The translations under genes were made by a program, and so were the position numbers. From Octopus bimaculoides (Eukaryota), in contig NC_068981.1 of assembly GCF_001194135.2 (NCBI RefSeq), positions 160,097,193 through 160,161,192 on the forward strand: DNA of 64,000 nucleotides. Direction: 5' to 3'. The notes under the pieces are model-generated. The model did not search any database and was not told the DNA's origin. It was given only the letters and a program-made list of their open reading frames with translations. Positions 36,600 through 49,989 of the stretch are shown piece after piece; position 1 is the first letter of the stretch, and each line of letters starts with the position of its first letter.

Positions 36600-37560
36600 A
36601 TAAAAGGTGCAGCAACATCAGAGGAAGATTAACAGGGAAACTAGCTTTCATATGTGGAAGATGCACAGGTACAATAAATGCTGAAAATGTACAGAAATTA
36701 GACTCTATTAACTGCCAGTGGGGTAAACAGGAAGTAGTAGATAGCTTCCGTCATCTAAGTGACCAAGTTAGTAGTAGAGGTGGATGCTCCGAAAGCATAG
36801 CTGTGAGAATAAAGACTGGGCAAAGTTCAGAGAGCTCCTACCCCAGCTGGCAACAAAGGGCCTTTTTCTCAGAGTGAAAGGCAGATTGTTTGATGCCTGT
36901 GTGCAAACAGCTATGCTGCATGGCAGTGAAACATGGGCTATGACAGCCAAGGACATGCATAGGTCTGAGAGAAATGAAGCCAGTATGCTTCGCTGAATGT
37001 GGAATGTCAGTGTGCATGTTCGACAGAATGTAAGCATCTTGAGAGAAAAGTTAGGCATAATAGGAATCAGATGTGATATGCAAGAGAAATGAATGCGCTG
37101 GTATGGTCATGTGATGCATATGGACAAGGACAGCTATGTAAAGAAGTGCTGATCTCTAACTGTGGAGGGAACCCGTGGTAGAGGTAGACTCAGGAAGACA
37201 TGGGATGAGGTGGTGAAGCATGATCTTCAAACTTTGAGCCTCACAGAGGCAATGACTAGTGACCAAGACCTTTGGTGATATGCTGTGCCTGAGAGGACCT
37301 GGCAAGCCAAGCAAAATCGCAGTCGTGGCAGATACATGTGTCATGCAAATTAGCACATGAACACACCCTGGTGCCACGCTGTGTCTGTGGCACATAAAAG
37401 CACCCATTACACTCTCAGAGTGGTGGGCCTTGGAAAGGCCAAAAACTATGCTGTCAAAAACCATGCCAAATCAGACTGGAATCTAGTGCAGCCTTCCAGC
37501 ATGCCAGCCCAGTCAAACTGTCCAACCCATGCCAGCATGGACAACAAGTGATGATGATGA
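36600..37560 (+). mobile_element. RTE LINE 3' fragment (RT C-terminus through 3' tail)
   Basis: WAKFRELLPQLATKGLFLRVKGRLFDACVQTAMLHGSETWAMTAKDMHRSERNEASMLR then 3' UTR and (GAT)n. Confidence 0.9.
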
Positions 37561-37568
37561 TATATATA

Positions 37569-37628
<60 letters not shown>

Positions 37629-38342
37629 ATATAATTGTTTTACTCCACTTTTCCATGCTTTCATGGGTCATAGTTTTGAAGGTTTTTTATGGTCAGGTGC
37701 TCTTCCTTTTGTCAACCCTCACCTCTGTTTCTACTTATTCTCAAAGAAGATTGGAAATGAATGACATTGCCTGTTTGACAGTGGCAATCATTTACAACTA
37801 TGATGCAATGTCAAGGCATGAAATCACACACACACACACACACACAACACGCATATACTTTCAAGGACTGAACCTGAAACCATGTATTTGGGAAGCGAAC
37901 TTCTTTACCACACAGCCATGCCTACACCTATAACAATACTGGAAAACAAAATATCTTTTACTAGAACTTACAAGTTACCTAGGTCTTCCATTAAATAAAG
38001 TTAAGTCTTACTCTTTAAAATATTTTACAAATATGAATAAGATATGGCAACTAAGATGTATTAATTATCAAAAACCTGGAAGGCACAAACAGAAGACATG
38101 TACTCAATAACTTGCAATGCAAGAAACCCATCTAGGAGATCAGTAACTTTGAATAAAAATTGACACATGGTAAAGAAGACTTTACTCTTGCTGCAGACAA
38201 TTCCTCTAGCACTGATGGCATAAAATATACTCGGTCTTTACTGTAAATGCTATGCCATCATAAATGTATGACATACAACAACAAAGATATTTCTCTATTG
38301 CTGTGTATGCCAGATGAAGAAGGACTATGACAAAAGGCAAGG

Positions 38343-38630
38343 TCGTCGTCGTCGTCGTTTAACGTCTGCTTTCCATGCTAGCATGGGTTGGACGATTTGA
38401 CTGAGGACTGGTGAAACCAGATGGCTACACCAGGCTCCAATCTGATTTGGCAGAGTTTCTACAGCTAGATGCCCTTCCTAATGCCAACCACTCAGAGAGT
38501 GTAGTGGGTGCTTTTACATGTCACCCGCACGAAGGCCAGTCAGGCGGTACTGGCAACGGCCATGCTCAAAATGGTGCATTTCATTTCATGTGCTACCCGC
38601 ACAAGAGCCAGTCCAACGATCTCGCTCGAA
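38343..38630 (-). mobile_element. RTE 3' UTR fragment
   Basis: (CGT)n ttaacgtctgctttccatgctagc...; high similarity to the 10.2-kb copy. Confidence 0.85.
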
Positions 38631-39572
38631 AAAAAAAAAAAAAAGGGAGAAATGTACAATTCAGTATAGAATTAAATGCATGTAAAATGATGCTGCTGCT
38701 GATATCTCAGTTAATCATCACCATTTTACATCTGTTTTCCATGTTGGCATAGGTTGGGTGGTTTGAGAGGAGCTGGTGATTCAGGGGACTGCCTCAAGCT
38801 CCAATGTCTACCTTGGTATGGTTTCTGCAGCTGGATACGCTTCTTAATGTCAACCACTTTACAGAGTGTACTGAGTGCTTTTTAGGTGGCACCAGCACCA
38901 GTGATGTCACCAAGTAACTTGCATGACAGGACACTGCAATTAAGGGAGGTGGTAAGGTATATGATAGAGGGATGAAAGAGAGAGAAGACGATGGCAGAGA
39001 TGCATTGAATTTTGATTGCTGTATTTTGTTCTAAACAATTTTTTTAGTACATATGTACACTTTTATGTATTGATCTATCTCTGTACTCTGGCAATAAATG
39101 AACTGATCTACATTTGGGACAAAAGCATGAAAAATTCAATACTTTAAAAATATTTATATACTCAAAACTCATTCAGTCTTACCATGTTATATAATTTACC
39201 TAATTTCTATGGAAACAATATTCTCTTATTCTGTTGATTTCCTATTTTCTGCTAGTCTTATTTTATTAACCAGTCTGTTTATATTTCATCAAAATCTCTG
39301 TTGGTAATTGCAGCAGAAATGGGGAAAAAATTCAATATGTCTGATGATAATAGTTTAGTTATCTGATAAGTTAGCTAGTCTGATAGATATAATGAATTTT
39401 AAATTACATGTTACACTCCAAATCAAAAGGTTCACTATATAACTGTACAAATTATTGTAACAGAAAATAATTTTTTAAACACTTTTCATATAATATTTAT
39501 ACAATAATACTGTTGCATATGTGTTGCTGATATTTCCAACAAAATCTTTTTTTTTTTTTTTTTTTTTTTCAG

Positions 39573-39773
39573 GTTGGATCAATGGCCTTTAAAGGTATGA
39601 AGACACTAAATCGAATACAATCAATTGTTTATGAGACTGCATACAAGACAAATGAAAATCTTTTAATCTGTGCTCCCACTGGAGCTGGAAAGACAAACAT
39701 CGCTATGCTTACTGTTATTAGAGTGTTGAAACAAAACATTGTACAAAATGTAATCCGAAAAGACCAATTTAAG
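39573..39773 (+). CDS. ASCC3: ASCC3 coding exon 8 (Q motif, Walker A)
   Basis: poly-T cag / gtgggt; LNRIQSIVYETAYKTNENLLICAPTGAGKTNIAML. Confidence 0.97.
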
Positions 39774-40384
39774 GTGGGTCTAATATTTGCCAAATTTCCA
39801 AATACATGCAGTCCTTTAAATACTTTCCTGTTAAAATATTTTTTAAGGAAATTAAACTTTTTTTTTAGACAAACTTATGACAAATTTATGAACCCTGACA
39901 GAGGTAGCTTCATGCTTTTATGCTTTACAGCAGAGATTTTGTTTGTTTACTAAGGATTGAGCACTAGAAATAAAATAGTAACACTATAATTCTAAGAATA
40001 TAATGTAACTTATAAATTTTCGATTCTTGCATTGATTTAGAAAAAAAATACAGCCTAATACTAAAGAACAACTAAAATTTTATTGTTATTTATTAATGCA
40101 AATATATTTAAAAGGAAATATTGATTCACATAACTATTGTACTTCTGTCTGTTTTGCAATTTCAACATTTATACATAGTGTACATTGCACTATACACTAC
40201 ACATATAGGGTCTATAAATTAAATACTGGGATATTTTTTATATATTTATAAAAATGTTAAGCTTTCATCTTATTCATTTATCATATTGGTGTAGCTTAAC
40301 TCTATAGTTAATGGCAATTTAAAATTTGACTGGCCAATAAATTATGTATAGCTAGATTATCAATATATATTTATATTCATTTAC

Positions 40385-40668
40385 CATCCGAACATGGCCG
40401 ATACCAGTACCCCATGCTAGTAGCACATAAAAAGCACTATCCGAACGTGGTCGATGCCAGGCCTGCCTGACTAGCTCCCATGCCGGTGGCACATAAAAAG
40501 CACCCACTACACTCTCAGAGTGGTTGGCGTTAGAAAGAGCATCTAGCTGTAGTAACATTGCCAGATCAGATTGGAGTCTGGTGCAGCCACTGGCTCTCCA
40601 GACCTCAGTCAAATCGTCCAACCCATACCAACATGGAAAACGGATGTTAAATGATGATGATGATGATA
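40385..40668 (+). mobile_element. RTE 3' UTR fragment
   Basis: Array units, aagcacccactacactctcagagtgg and (GAT)n tail. Confidence 0.85.
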
Positions 40669-40732
40669 TATATATATATATATATATTTGCTTTTTTCAT
40701 ATATATTGATGTTACTATTTATATTTCTTTAG

Positions 40733-40873
40733 ATTATTTATGTTGCACCTATGAAAGCACTTGCTGCTGAAATGGTGAGGAACTTTGGTAAACGACTAGA
40801 ACCACTTGGAATAACTGTCCGTGAATTGACTGGAGATATGCAATTGACCAAACAAGAAATTGTCAATACTCAG
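40733..40873 (+). CDS. ASCC3: ASCC3 coding exon 9 (motifs Ia/Ib)
   Basis: ctttag / gtaaat; [14 protein letters not shown]...[17 protein letters not shown]. Confidence 0.97.
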
Positions 40874-41172
40874 GTAAATTTGAACAATGTTTTAAAAAAT
40901 GATTTTAAAAAAAGCTGTCTAAGGGCTATATTTAAGTTATATTTTGTCACTATAAACATCTTATAAAAATAAATTTTTATATTAAAGATAAATTTGAAAT
41001 GTAATTGAAATAATTTGTATTTTGAAAATAATAATTTTGTAATAAACTTTGCATTTAGAAAGGAATTCAATATGAATATTTTAGAAAGTTATGTTTCATT
41101 TAAAAACAAGGAAAATATAAATTTCTAAAATATTAAATGTTTAAACTTTTTTTGTCTTTTCTTCTCTCTTAG

Positions 41173-41337
41173 ATGTTAGTCACTACTCCTGAAAAATGGG
41201 ATGTGGTTACACGTAAAGGAACAGGAGATGTGTCTTTATCTCAGTTAGTAAAACTGCTTATTATAGATGAGGTCCATTTGTTGCATGATGACAGAGGTGC
41301 TGTCATTGAAAGCTTAGTTGCCAGAACTCTGCGGCAG
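41173..41337 (+). CDS. ASCC3: ASCC3 coding exon 10 (DEVH box)
   Basis: tcttag / gtatgt; [15 protein letters not shown]...[15 protein letters not shown]. Confidence 0.97.
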
Positions 41338-41630
41338 GTATGTCCTTTCAGCAACATAACTAGTGTAACACAGATTTTCTTAATTTCTTTCATATAAGAT
41401 ATCATTTCAGATAAACTCAATGTATGTGTGTATGTTTTTTTTTTTTAAGACAGTAGTTTGTAATTGTAGGAAGACTTATGTGCTATTACTAGCAGGCCAA
41501 ACAACTGCATTGTGGCTCCTTTGTTGGCTTGTGAATTTGAAATTTGTATGTTTTTAACTGTGGTCTTGCGCAAAAGACTTAATGCTATATTTCAATGGTT
41601 CTGTACTCCAAAAATTGATTTTCTTTTTAG

Positions 41631-41787
41631 GTGGAGGCTACACAGAGTATGATAAGAATTGTTGGTCTATCTGCAACATTACCAAATTATTTAGATGTTG
41701 GACGATTTCTCAGAGTTAACCCTGCACTTGGATTATTTTTCTTTGATGGTAGATTCCGGCCAGTCCCACTGGAACAGTCTTTCATAG
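41631..41787 (+). CDS. ASCC3: ASCC3 coding exon 11 (motif III SAT)
   Basis: ttttag / gtgaat; [15 protein letters not shown]...[15 protein letters not shown]. Confidence 0.97.
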
Positions 41788-41929
41788 GTGAATTAATTAA
41801 TATTTTAAATGTGTTGTATAAATTAAATGTATTTTACAAATAAACTGAAATCTCTAGAATTACTGGGCAAGATTTGCTAATCGCGTCTAGAAGTTTAACA
41901 TGTCTGTATGACATACTCTTATTCTTTTA

Positions 41930-42232
41930 CCTTTTACCATATTAACTTGTTTCAGTCATTGGACTGCAGCCTTGCTGGGCATTTCTTTGAAGAGATTTAG
42001 TTGAGCAAATCAATTTATTGGTCTTTTATGCCAAACCATTAAGTTACAGCAATGTAAACAACCCAACACCAGTTGTCAAGTGGTGGAGAAGGGGAACACT
42101 AACATAAACACACACACACACACATATATATATATGGCAGGCTTCTGCACAGTTTCTGTCTACCAAATTCACTTACAAGGCATTGATTTGTCCAGGGTTA
42201 TAGTAGAAGACATTTGCCCGAGGTCCTGCACA
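41930..42232 (-). mobile_element. SINE family B
   Basis: cttgtttcagtcattggactg...cagtttctgtctaccaaattcac...gaagacatttgccc. Confidence 0.7.
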
Positions 42233-42581
42233 TTGTCATAGTAATGTTGAGATGGTATTAAATGTTATACAGGATAAAAACGTGTTGATAAACAATATAT
42301 TAGATTAAGAGTTATGAAAGAGAAGTGTAAGAGACTGTTTTTAGATTTTTCTAGATTAAAAAAAAAATTTGATATCATTGATCAAACATAACTGACTGTT
42401 GGTTTGTAAATAAGAGTTTTTAAAAAAACCACTTTAGTAAAAATACATTTGTTATGTAATAAAAAGCTGAAATGTTATTTAAAAAATGCTTTGGCAAATC
42501 TGTTCTAGATAAATTTTTATACATTCTTTGTTGATATTCACTAATATTAAGTATTTTTTGTTTATTCATTTATTTCTCTAG

Positions 42582-42673
42582 GAATCAAGTCAATAAACAA
42601 AATGCAGCAGTTACAAGATTTTAACACTGTTTGTTATGAGAAAGTTCTTGATCAAGTAAAGAAAGGATACCAG
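42582..42673 (+). CDS. ASCC3: ASCC3 coding exon 12
   Basis: ctctag / gtaaca; GIKSINKMQQLQDFNTVCYEKVLDQVKKGYQ. Confidence 0.95.
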
Positions 42674-44079
42674 GTAACATCTCAGTCTTTAACATACCAG
42701 AGCATTGAAAATACAACCATTATTATTATATAATTAGTAACATAAAATATTTAGCATGCAAGATTTTAGTGATGAACTGGTTAATATAATGGAAATAGAT
42801 GCTTATGCAGATTACTGTCTTAACAAAATAGCAGGCTATCGCAAACCTCTATCTAGATATCTGAACTTCAAATCATAATGATAATCATAGACAGAAAATA
42901 TTCTAAACAAGGTTAATAATCAACTATTAACTAAGTGTTTTACAAAAACATTGTCTCTAAGGTTTAAAAATTATATTCAAATTACAAATGACTGATTGCT
43001 TTTATTCATTTATAAAAATCTTGTCAAATATTGTTTAGCTCCAGCTCAACTCCGATTGAGTGTGTTCAGGAGCAAAGAAATTCATGATTTGGTCATAGTA
43101 CCTTTTATCCAAAGGATGTCATGTTTTTTCTCACTTTAAGATTTGGCTACTGTTTATGACTGGTCAAGCAATCACATACAGGTTTGTTTAGTTGTTGTGT
43201 AGTCTAAGGTCAATTTTGATAGAGCAAATCTCTGATCAGAAACGTTCCAGTCAGGATGAACCCATCACTTTAAGAGTATCTAAGACTAAATAATCCCGTG
43301 TGTACTTACTGTTGGGGTTGATTTGAGAATTGGCTGCTATTTCTGGCAGGTCAAGCAGCCTCATAGAGTTCCCTAATTGGCTCTGTGTGAAAGCCAAAGT
43401 TTAAAGGAGCTGAAAAAATAGCAGAAAATTTTAGGCATCAACCAAGGGCTGCTGTTAAGAGAATTGTGGAGATATGCTAAGTGAAAAATGCTATGTGCTG
43501 TTAAATAGCAGAATTTTCCAGCTATATATTGATTTCAAATTTTAGGTCACAGTGCATTATATGTTTTAAAAGTTTGATCCTTTGATGTATGTTCCTGTTG
43601 TCTGGCACTAAAAATTTTGCATTACATTTTTTATTTTCAAACACATTAAGTAGAAAAGATTGGGAACATTAGTTAACTCCTTGTTTCAATGTCCTCATTC
43701 CCTATGATGAATATATCCTCTGTTGCTTGGGGACACTGAGAAATAAAGATTTTGATATTTCACTTCTATTCTTAGTGTGTATTGAATTGTTATATCAAAT
43801 TTGAGGTTTTATTCAACATTTTCTATTATTAATATAAGTTTAAAATTTTACATTTTACCTGAGAATTTCTTAGAGATTATTAAAGGGTTTCACATATGTA
43901 AAGTATTTGATTTGCAACACTTTGCCAGTGTGTAACTTTTAAGCTTCTATGCTACAAAATTAATTTAGTGTATAATTTTGATAAATTATTTTTGGATAAT
44001 TTAAAAAATTACTTCATATATTTCTGATCAGCAGGTTGTGAATTTCTGTGTATAACATTTCCCCAACTTTTTTTCCCAG

Positions 44080-44202
44080 GTGATGGTATTTGTCCATGCT
44101 CGCAATGAAACCTTACGAACAGCAAAGGTTCTGAGAGAACTAGCTCTGAATAGTGATAATATTCATTTGTTTGCACCTCAAGGAAGGAGAAGTGGTCTTC
44201 CT
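44080..44202 (+). CDS. ASCC3: ASCC3 coding exon 13 (motif IV)
   Basis: tcccag / gtatgt; VMVFVHARNETLRTAK... Confidence 0.93.
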
Positions 44203-44779
44203 GTATGTAATATTACAAATATATATTCTCAATGAAAAATTAACTTATTAGTTTTTAACTATTTATTTTATATTTTTCATGATTTAATACAAGCTGTAAA
44301 CACGTTTTTTTTTTTACTGCTTAGTCAAAAGGGAAAAGGCAGTACCCTATTTTTTTTTTGTTGTTTTTTCAAGGGCTTCCAAGGCTAGTGAGAGGAAGCA
44401 AAGAAGTTATTCTTAAATTGCAAAGTTGCCTCAAATGCTTGCAACAGAATGAACTTTGCTAAAAGCACCTGAGGGCCAGGTGGTGGTGTTAAATCAAACA
44501 GCAGATTAAATCTGTCCAAGTACTCAGAATGCAAAACAATGCTCAGACAAATACAAGACATCTTGTTCCATTTCAACAATCCAATGTCTTCAATTAGTAC
44601 ATTATTGTCTTGATTCTGAAAGGAGGAATGACAATGTTTCAAAACAGTGTATAGAGCTAGAACAAATACTGAGACATTGTCCTATGCTGCAGCAATTCTG
44701 CCAATTTGCCAAAATTTAAATTCATAAAAGATGTCTTTTGAAATGATTTATAGTAATATCCTACCAAATACATTTTTAC

Positions 44780-45505
44780 ATCCCAGTCCCTTGTTTATAA
44801 TAATCTGCACGTAAAAAGCACCATTCAAGCGTGGTCAATGCCAGTACCGCCTGACTGGCACACCTGACTGGCACACCCACTACCCTCTCAGAGTCGTTGG
44901 CATTAGGAAGGGCATCTAGCTGTAGAAACTTTGCCAGATCAGATTGAAGCCTAGTGCAACCTTCTGGCTTGCCAGCCCATGCCAACATGGAAAGCGGGCA
45001 TTAAACAACAACAACAATGATGATGATGTGTGTTCATTATTATTTTCACCTCCACTTTTCCATGCTTGCATGGGTCAGATGGAATTTGTTGAAACAGATA
45101 TTTCTATAGTCAGATGCCTTTCCTATCACCAACCTTTGCTTCTTTCCAAACAAGGTAATATTTTCTCATTGCCAGTCATGTTTCCCCCAGAAGTCTAAAA
45201 ACAAACTGCCTTGTATGACAGTGATGCTCATTTACAACTATCACGTGATATCTAGATAAAGTTGCTCATGTACATACACACACACATGCATACGTGTGTG
45301 TGCATATATATATATACACCCATAAACACACACATATATGTATGTATACACGCACATACAATGGGCTTCTTTACAGTTTCCATCTACCAAATCCACTCAC
45401 AAGGCTTTGATGAGCCTAGGGTTATAGTAGAAGATACACACCCAAGGTGTCACACAATGAGACTGATCCCAAAACCATCTGGTTGTAAAGCAAGTTTCTT
45501 AACCA
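44780..45505. mobile_element. RTE 3' UTR (+, ~44780-45025) abutting a SINE family B copy with RTE-like tail (-, ~45045-45505)
   Basis: Family motifs in opposite orientations, meeting tail to tail. Confidence 0.7.
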
Positions 45506-45738
45506 CACTTGTGTCTATTGTTTATGAATATTTTGTATCTTTGAATTTAATTTACTGAAGTCACTATTTAAATTATCAGCTAAATTTACAAAATTTTTGT
45601 AATATAATTTGTATAGTTCAGTAGTTTCTAAATGTTTTCAGATTTACGCTTATATTTTTTATTATTAATGATATATATTTATGAATCTGTTCATTTCTTT
45701 CTTTCTTTCTTTTTTTTTTTTATGAAAATACACTGTAG

Positions 45739-45930
45739 GGCCACAATCCCCAAAATCGACATCTTCAAGAATTGTTCCCTGATGGATTTGGTATACATCA
45801 TGCTGGAATGCTTCGTCAGGATCGTAATTTGGTTGAAAAGTATTTTTCTGAAGGTTCCATAAAAGTCTTAGTGTGTACAGCAACTTTGGCCTGGGGTGTG
45901 AATTTACCTGCTCATGCTGTCATCATCAAG
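45739..45930 (+). CDS. ASCC3: ASCC3 coding exon 14 (motif V)
   Basis: ctgtag / gttatt (weak donor); [18 protein letters not shown]...[18 protein letters not shown]. Confidence 0.95.
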
Positions 45931-47242
45931 GTTATTACATTAACAATATTTAAACATGTTCTTTAAAGATTAACTTAACATATATCAGTTATTTATAAAA
46001 TGGGTTGTATATATAATGAAAACTTGTCTTTAGATGTTTAAAACTATTAAAACCATTTAAAATTCCTTAAATTCCTAATATCTTGCTAGGTATTGTCACT
46101 GAACTTGAAAATTTACTGAATTGAAGTATCGTAAATATTTTAATAAGAAATTAATGGATTAATATATTTATCTGTCCTAACTTTGTCTGTTCAATATTTG
46201 CTATAAATGCAGAGCTTAGGACAAGTATCAACATAGACAAACTACTTAACATTTTAATGTAATATTGTAAATGGTATTCTTTTCTCAGCCAACCTGTTTT
46301 ATTATCTTCCAGGATTCTTCATTGATTTATTCATTGACCATTCTTCCTTCCTTCCAGATCTTAATATATTTCATTTATTTTGTACTATATGAAATGTTGC
46401 ACTCTTATTAGTTTTATTGTCAACTTTTACTCTTAAAATTTGAATAGTACATTCGATACTTAGGTCATATTTTATTTCTACTGAGGAATGAAGTAATGCA
46501 TCCATCCTAGTCTTACATAAGACTGCTCTATATGTATTTTACTTAAAATGAAATGAATATGAGCTAAGATAAATATCTCAGATTGGTCAGTGGCATGTAT
46601 TTGAACAACGAATATGAATAAAGGTCCATTAAATAACATGCAAGATAAATTCTTGATTTATTGTAATTACTTTTGCTTTGTGGCAATTGATACCAACTTT
46701 ATGGAGATGTGGAGATAATCTCTAAAATCTAGGGTTCTTCAAAATTGACATGCAAACAAGTGAATTGTTGTGAACATGTTTCTATCTCATTTGGCATCAT
46801 CTACATAGCAATTGTCCTACTTTATTCTTTAGCAGATGATGAGATATTTCAAGATAGAAAAGACATACTGTCTGAAGACAATAGGATGGTTTTGGACATG
46901 TGATTTTATTTACTTCAATAAGTGTGATCAGTGTAATAATTGTCCTCTTATTTTCAACAGGCATGACACTTAGACATATGTAAAAAGAGTAGAATGCATT
47001 TATGTCTTGGGTAATAGATATGTATATTAAAAAATGCAAATCTGTCAAAGTATACTTTTACATTCAATTTTTAAAAAAAGTATTCTCTGATTTAAATTGA
47101 AATAGAAACAAAAAGGAAAAATTTTCCAACTTTCAGTTAATAATTTTGTATATGCTTTTAAAACAATAGAATAATATTTTTGCATTAAAAAATGAAAATA
47201 CATGCATTAATACATAAGGATTACATTTTTGTGTTTCTACAG

Positions 47243-47467
47243 GGAACTCAAATCTATGATGCCAAGAAAGGTTCTTTTATTGACATTGGCATACTTGATG
47301 TTTTGCAAATATTTGGACGTGCTGGACGACCCCAGTTTGATACTTTTGGTCATGGAACTATCATAACTACTCATGACAAACTTGCTCATTACCTGTCTCT
47401 TATGACACGACAAAATCCTATAGAAAGTCAGTTTATTACAAGCCTAACTGATAATTTGAACGCTGAG
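47243..47467 (+). CDS. ASCC3: ASCC3 coding exon 15 (motif VI)
   Basis: ctacag / gtaggt; [10 protein letters not shown]...[13 protein letters not shown]...DNLNAE. Confidence 0.97.
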
Positions 47468-48446
47468 GTAGGTGATCATTGTTTTTATACTTTTGTAACA
47501 TCATTATAGTTCAAAATACACTTAATAAATACTGCCTTAGAGTATTTGTAAATTGGTGGAAGAATAGGTGCAGTTATAAAGGAAGAAATAAGTAACTAGC
47601 AAAGGCCTTGTTGGCAATAAAAAAATATTTTGTTGGTGATATCCAAGAACTTATTCTTGGTTAAACCCTGAATCAAGTATGTGTATTTATGATACCAGTT
47701 TGAATGTAAGATTACGGCTGAGTTTCTAATTCCTAATGAAATAAGCCCCATCTTTTATGAGATTTACAGAACCAGTATGCTTCACCAAAATCCTGATAGT
47801 CTCTTGAAAGTTTTATGTCTATATGCAAGAAAAATGAACTGTGTAGAACCTGTTTCATGTCGTGTCCTTTACTCTAACTTATATTGATGTTAGTGCTGTC
47901 TGAGTGGTTGACTTCCAATTACTATTATCAATATTGCCTGCTTACATGGAACAGTGACAAAACTTCTTCACATCATTTTTATTGGACAGTAACTGCTTAT
48001 GTAGTCATAGTGTCTCATTCTAACAGAGAAGTCGGAACACTTTCAGACAGCTGCTTGATGACTTTTCCAAATGCTCGTCATATTTGACCGGCTCTCGCTG
48101 TTCTTTCTTCATTTATGAACTGGTCAGAAAAGATGCACAGGCTATGAAATGAATAGGAACCATGATGATTATTGCATATATGAACAGTTCCTTCAGTAGA
48201 CCTTTATTGCTAGCACCATAGCAACTCAACCTTGCTGGTCTATCATAATGCTAACCTGCAGCAAAATCATTAGCTAGATGCTTTGCCACTCTGGTGAAAC
48301 TGAAAACATAAGATATACAAAAGAGAAAAAGCAATGAAGAAGATAATCAGCATAAAAATCAGAAATATGGATCAAAATGCACATGCTAAGCAATAAATAC
48401 TTATTTCTTTCTTTTTGTTCTAATAAGTTAAGGATATAAAACAATA

Positions 48447-48663
48447 CGAGGGGGTGCTGTAAAATTCCTGGCTTTGGGTTAAAGAAAATGCAGGAGGATC
48501 AGTTAATTATTATTTTATTCAATGTATTTCCCTTTCAGATTCACACACTTATTTCAATGGTCCTTCAGTTTTTCTAAGCCCTGTAAAAGAACTCAGAAGG
48601 TTGAGCCTCCAACCAGGCCTTTAACAATACCCTTAAAACCAGGAACTTTTCAGCACCCCCTCA
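48447..48663. mobile_element. Mariner-type MITE with TA TSD
   Basis: TA|CGAGGGGGTGCTGTAAAATTCCTGGCTTT ... AAACCAGGAACTTTTCAGCACCCCCTCA|TA. Confidence 0.85.
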
Positions 48664-48788
48664 TAGATCTTGCAATGTCTGTAAATTGATCTTTTCTGTA
48701 AGATTGTTATTAAATAAGCAATTATTTGATAGCAGTTAAATGAATTCTTGGAAATTTCTAAAAAACTAAATTGGTTGTTGTTTTCTAG

Positions 48789-48908
48789 ATTGCTCTTGGT
48801 ACAGTTTCTAATGTAGAAGATGCAGTGAAGTGGCTCAGCTACACTTATTTATTTGTGAGAATGCGATGTAATCCAATGGTTTATGGGATACCTTATAACA
48901 AATTGGAG
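48789..48908 (+). CDS. ASCC3: ASCC3 coding exon 16 (winged helix region)
   Basis: ttctag / gtaatt; [34 protein letters not shown]. Confidence 0.96.
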
Positions 48909-49021
48909 GTAATTTCATTCAATATTATTTTACATTTTCATATATATGTATTCGATAGTTACTTACCATATTCTTCTCATTTATTTGCTGTTTTATATTC
49001 AGTTGTTTACTCAACTCTGTG

Positions 49022-49290
49022 AAGACACACAGCTTACTTGTTAGGGGTATTCAGCTCATGATCGTAAGGTCATGATTTCGATACCCAGCAGTGTGTTGTA
49101 TCCTTGAGCAAAACTCTATCTTTCATTGCTCCAGTTCACTCAACTTGCAAAAATGAGTTGTATCTGTGTTATTCAAAGGGCCAGCTTTGTCACATTTTGT
49201 CATGCTGAATCTCCCTGAGAACTACATTAAGAGTATGCACATTAATTTTGCAAGCAGCTGTTTGGAGCCGCTGGAACCTTTGTCGTCATA
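49022..49290 (+). mobile_element. Mosaic SINE (family E head, family C tail)
   Basis: 5' half resembles the reverse complement of the 26.9-27.0 kb head; 3' half (attcaaagggccagc...gagaactac...gtcgtcataacc) resembles 11665-11835. Confidence 0.65.
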
Positions 49291-49989
49291 ACCAACGGAA
49301 GTGCCAGGTAAGGGGTACTCAGCTCTAATTCTTTCAGGTTTTAATTATGAATGTCTAAGAAAGCAAGATGTTCACAGTATAGTAGATGCTTGCTGGCAGG
49401 TATTCTCATACTCTGACTAATAAGGTAGCAATAAGTAACAGTTAAGCACTGGGGTTGATGTAATCAACTTACCACTTCCTCCAAAATTGCTGGTCTTGTG
49501 CCAAAATTTGAAACCAATTATGAATGCTTATTTCTTTTGATAATGATAGAGGTCAAGTATTAGTAATATGGGTAGCCTATCTGATGCCTCCAGTACATTA
49601 TTGGTTCTTAATCCCATAAATAGGAGTAGTTAATCTTTATCAATAAAATGCAGAACTGATAGGGGTAGAGTCAAAAGTAACATGAATAAAGTTGTAGGAG
49701 AAAATAAAAATTTTAAATCTTCTAAGCTAAATTTTATTACGTGTAACATTTCCCCAAATAATACATTTTAAGGCTTTGTAAACTAGTCTAGTTTTTTAAC
49801 TTCTACGAAAATGTTTTACTTGAAAAGTTTAGCTGTAAAGTTTCCAACTGACTACAGAAATAGAATATGGGACATTTAACAATCAATGCCACCAGTAGCG
49901 AGTGTCTACAAAAGCCTTGGGCAATAGTTATAATAATATAATAATAATGAAATTATTGCATACAGTGCTCAGAAAAGCAGCCAAAGGTG

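Noticed and set aside
39340-43745. Box C/D-like RTGATGA...CTGA pairs at ~39343 and ~43700
   Set aside because: Spans of ~40-50 nt are too short, terminal stems are weak and no rRNA-complementary guide is evident.
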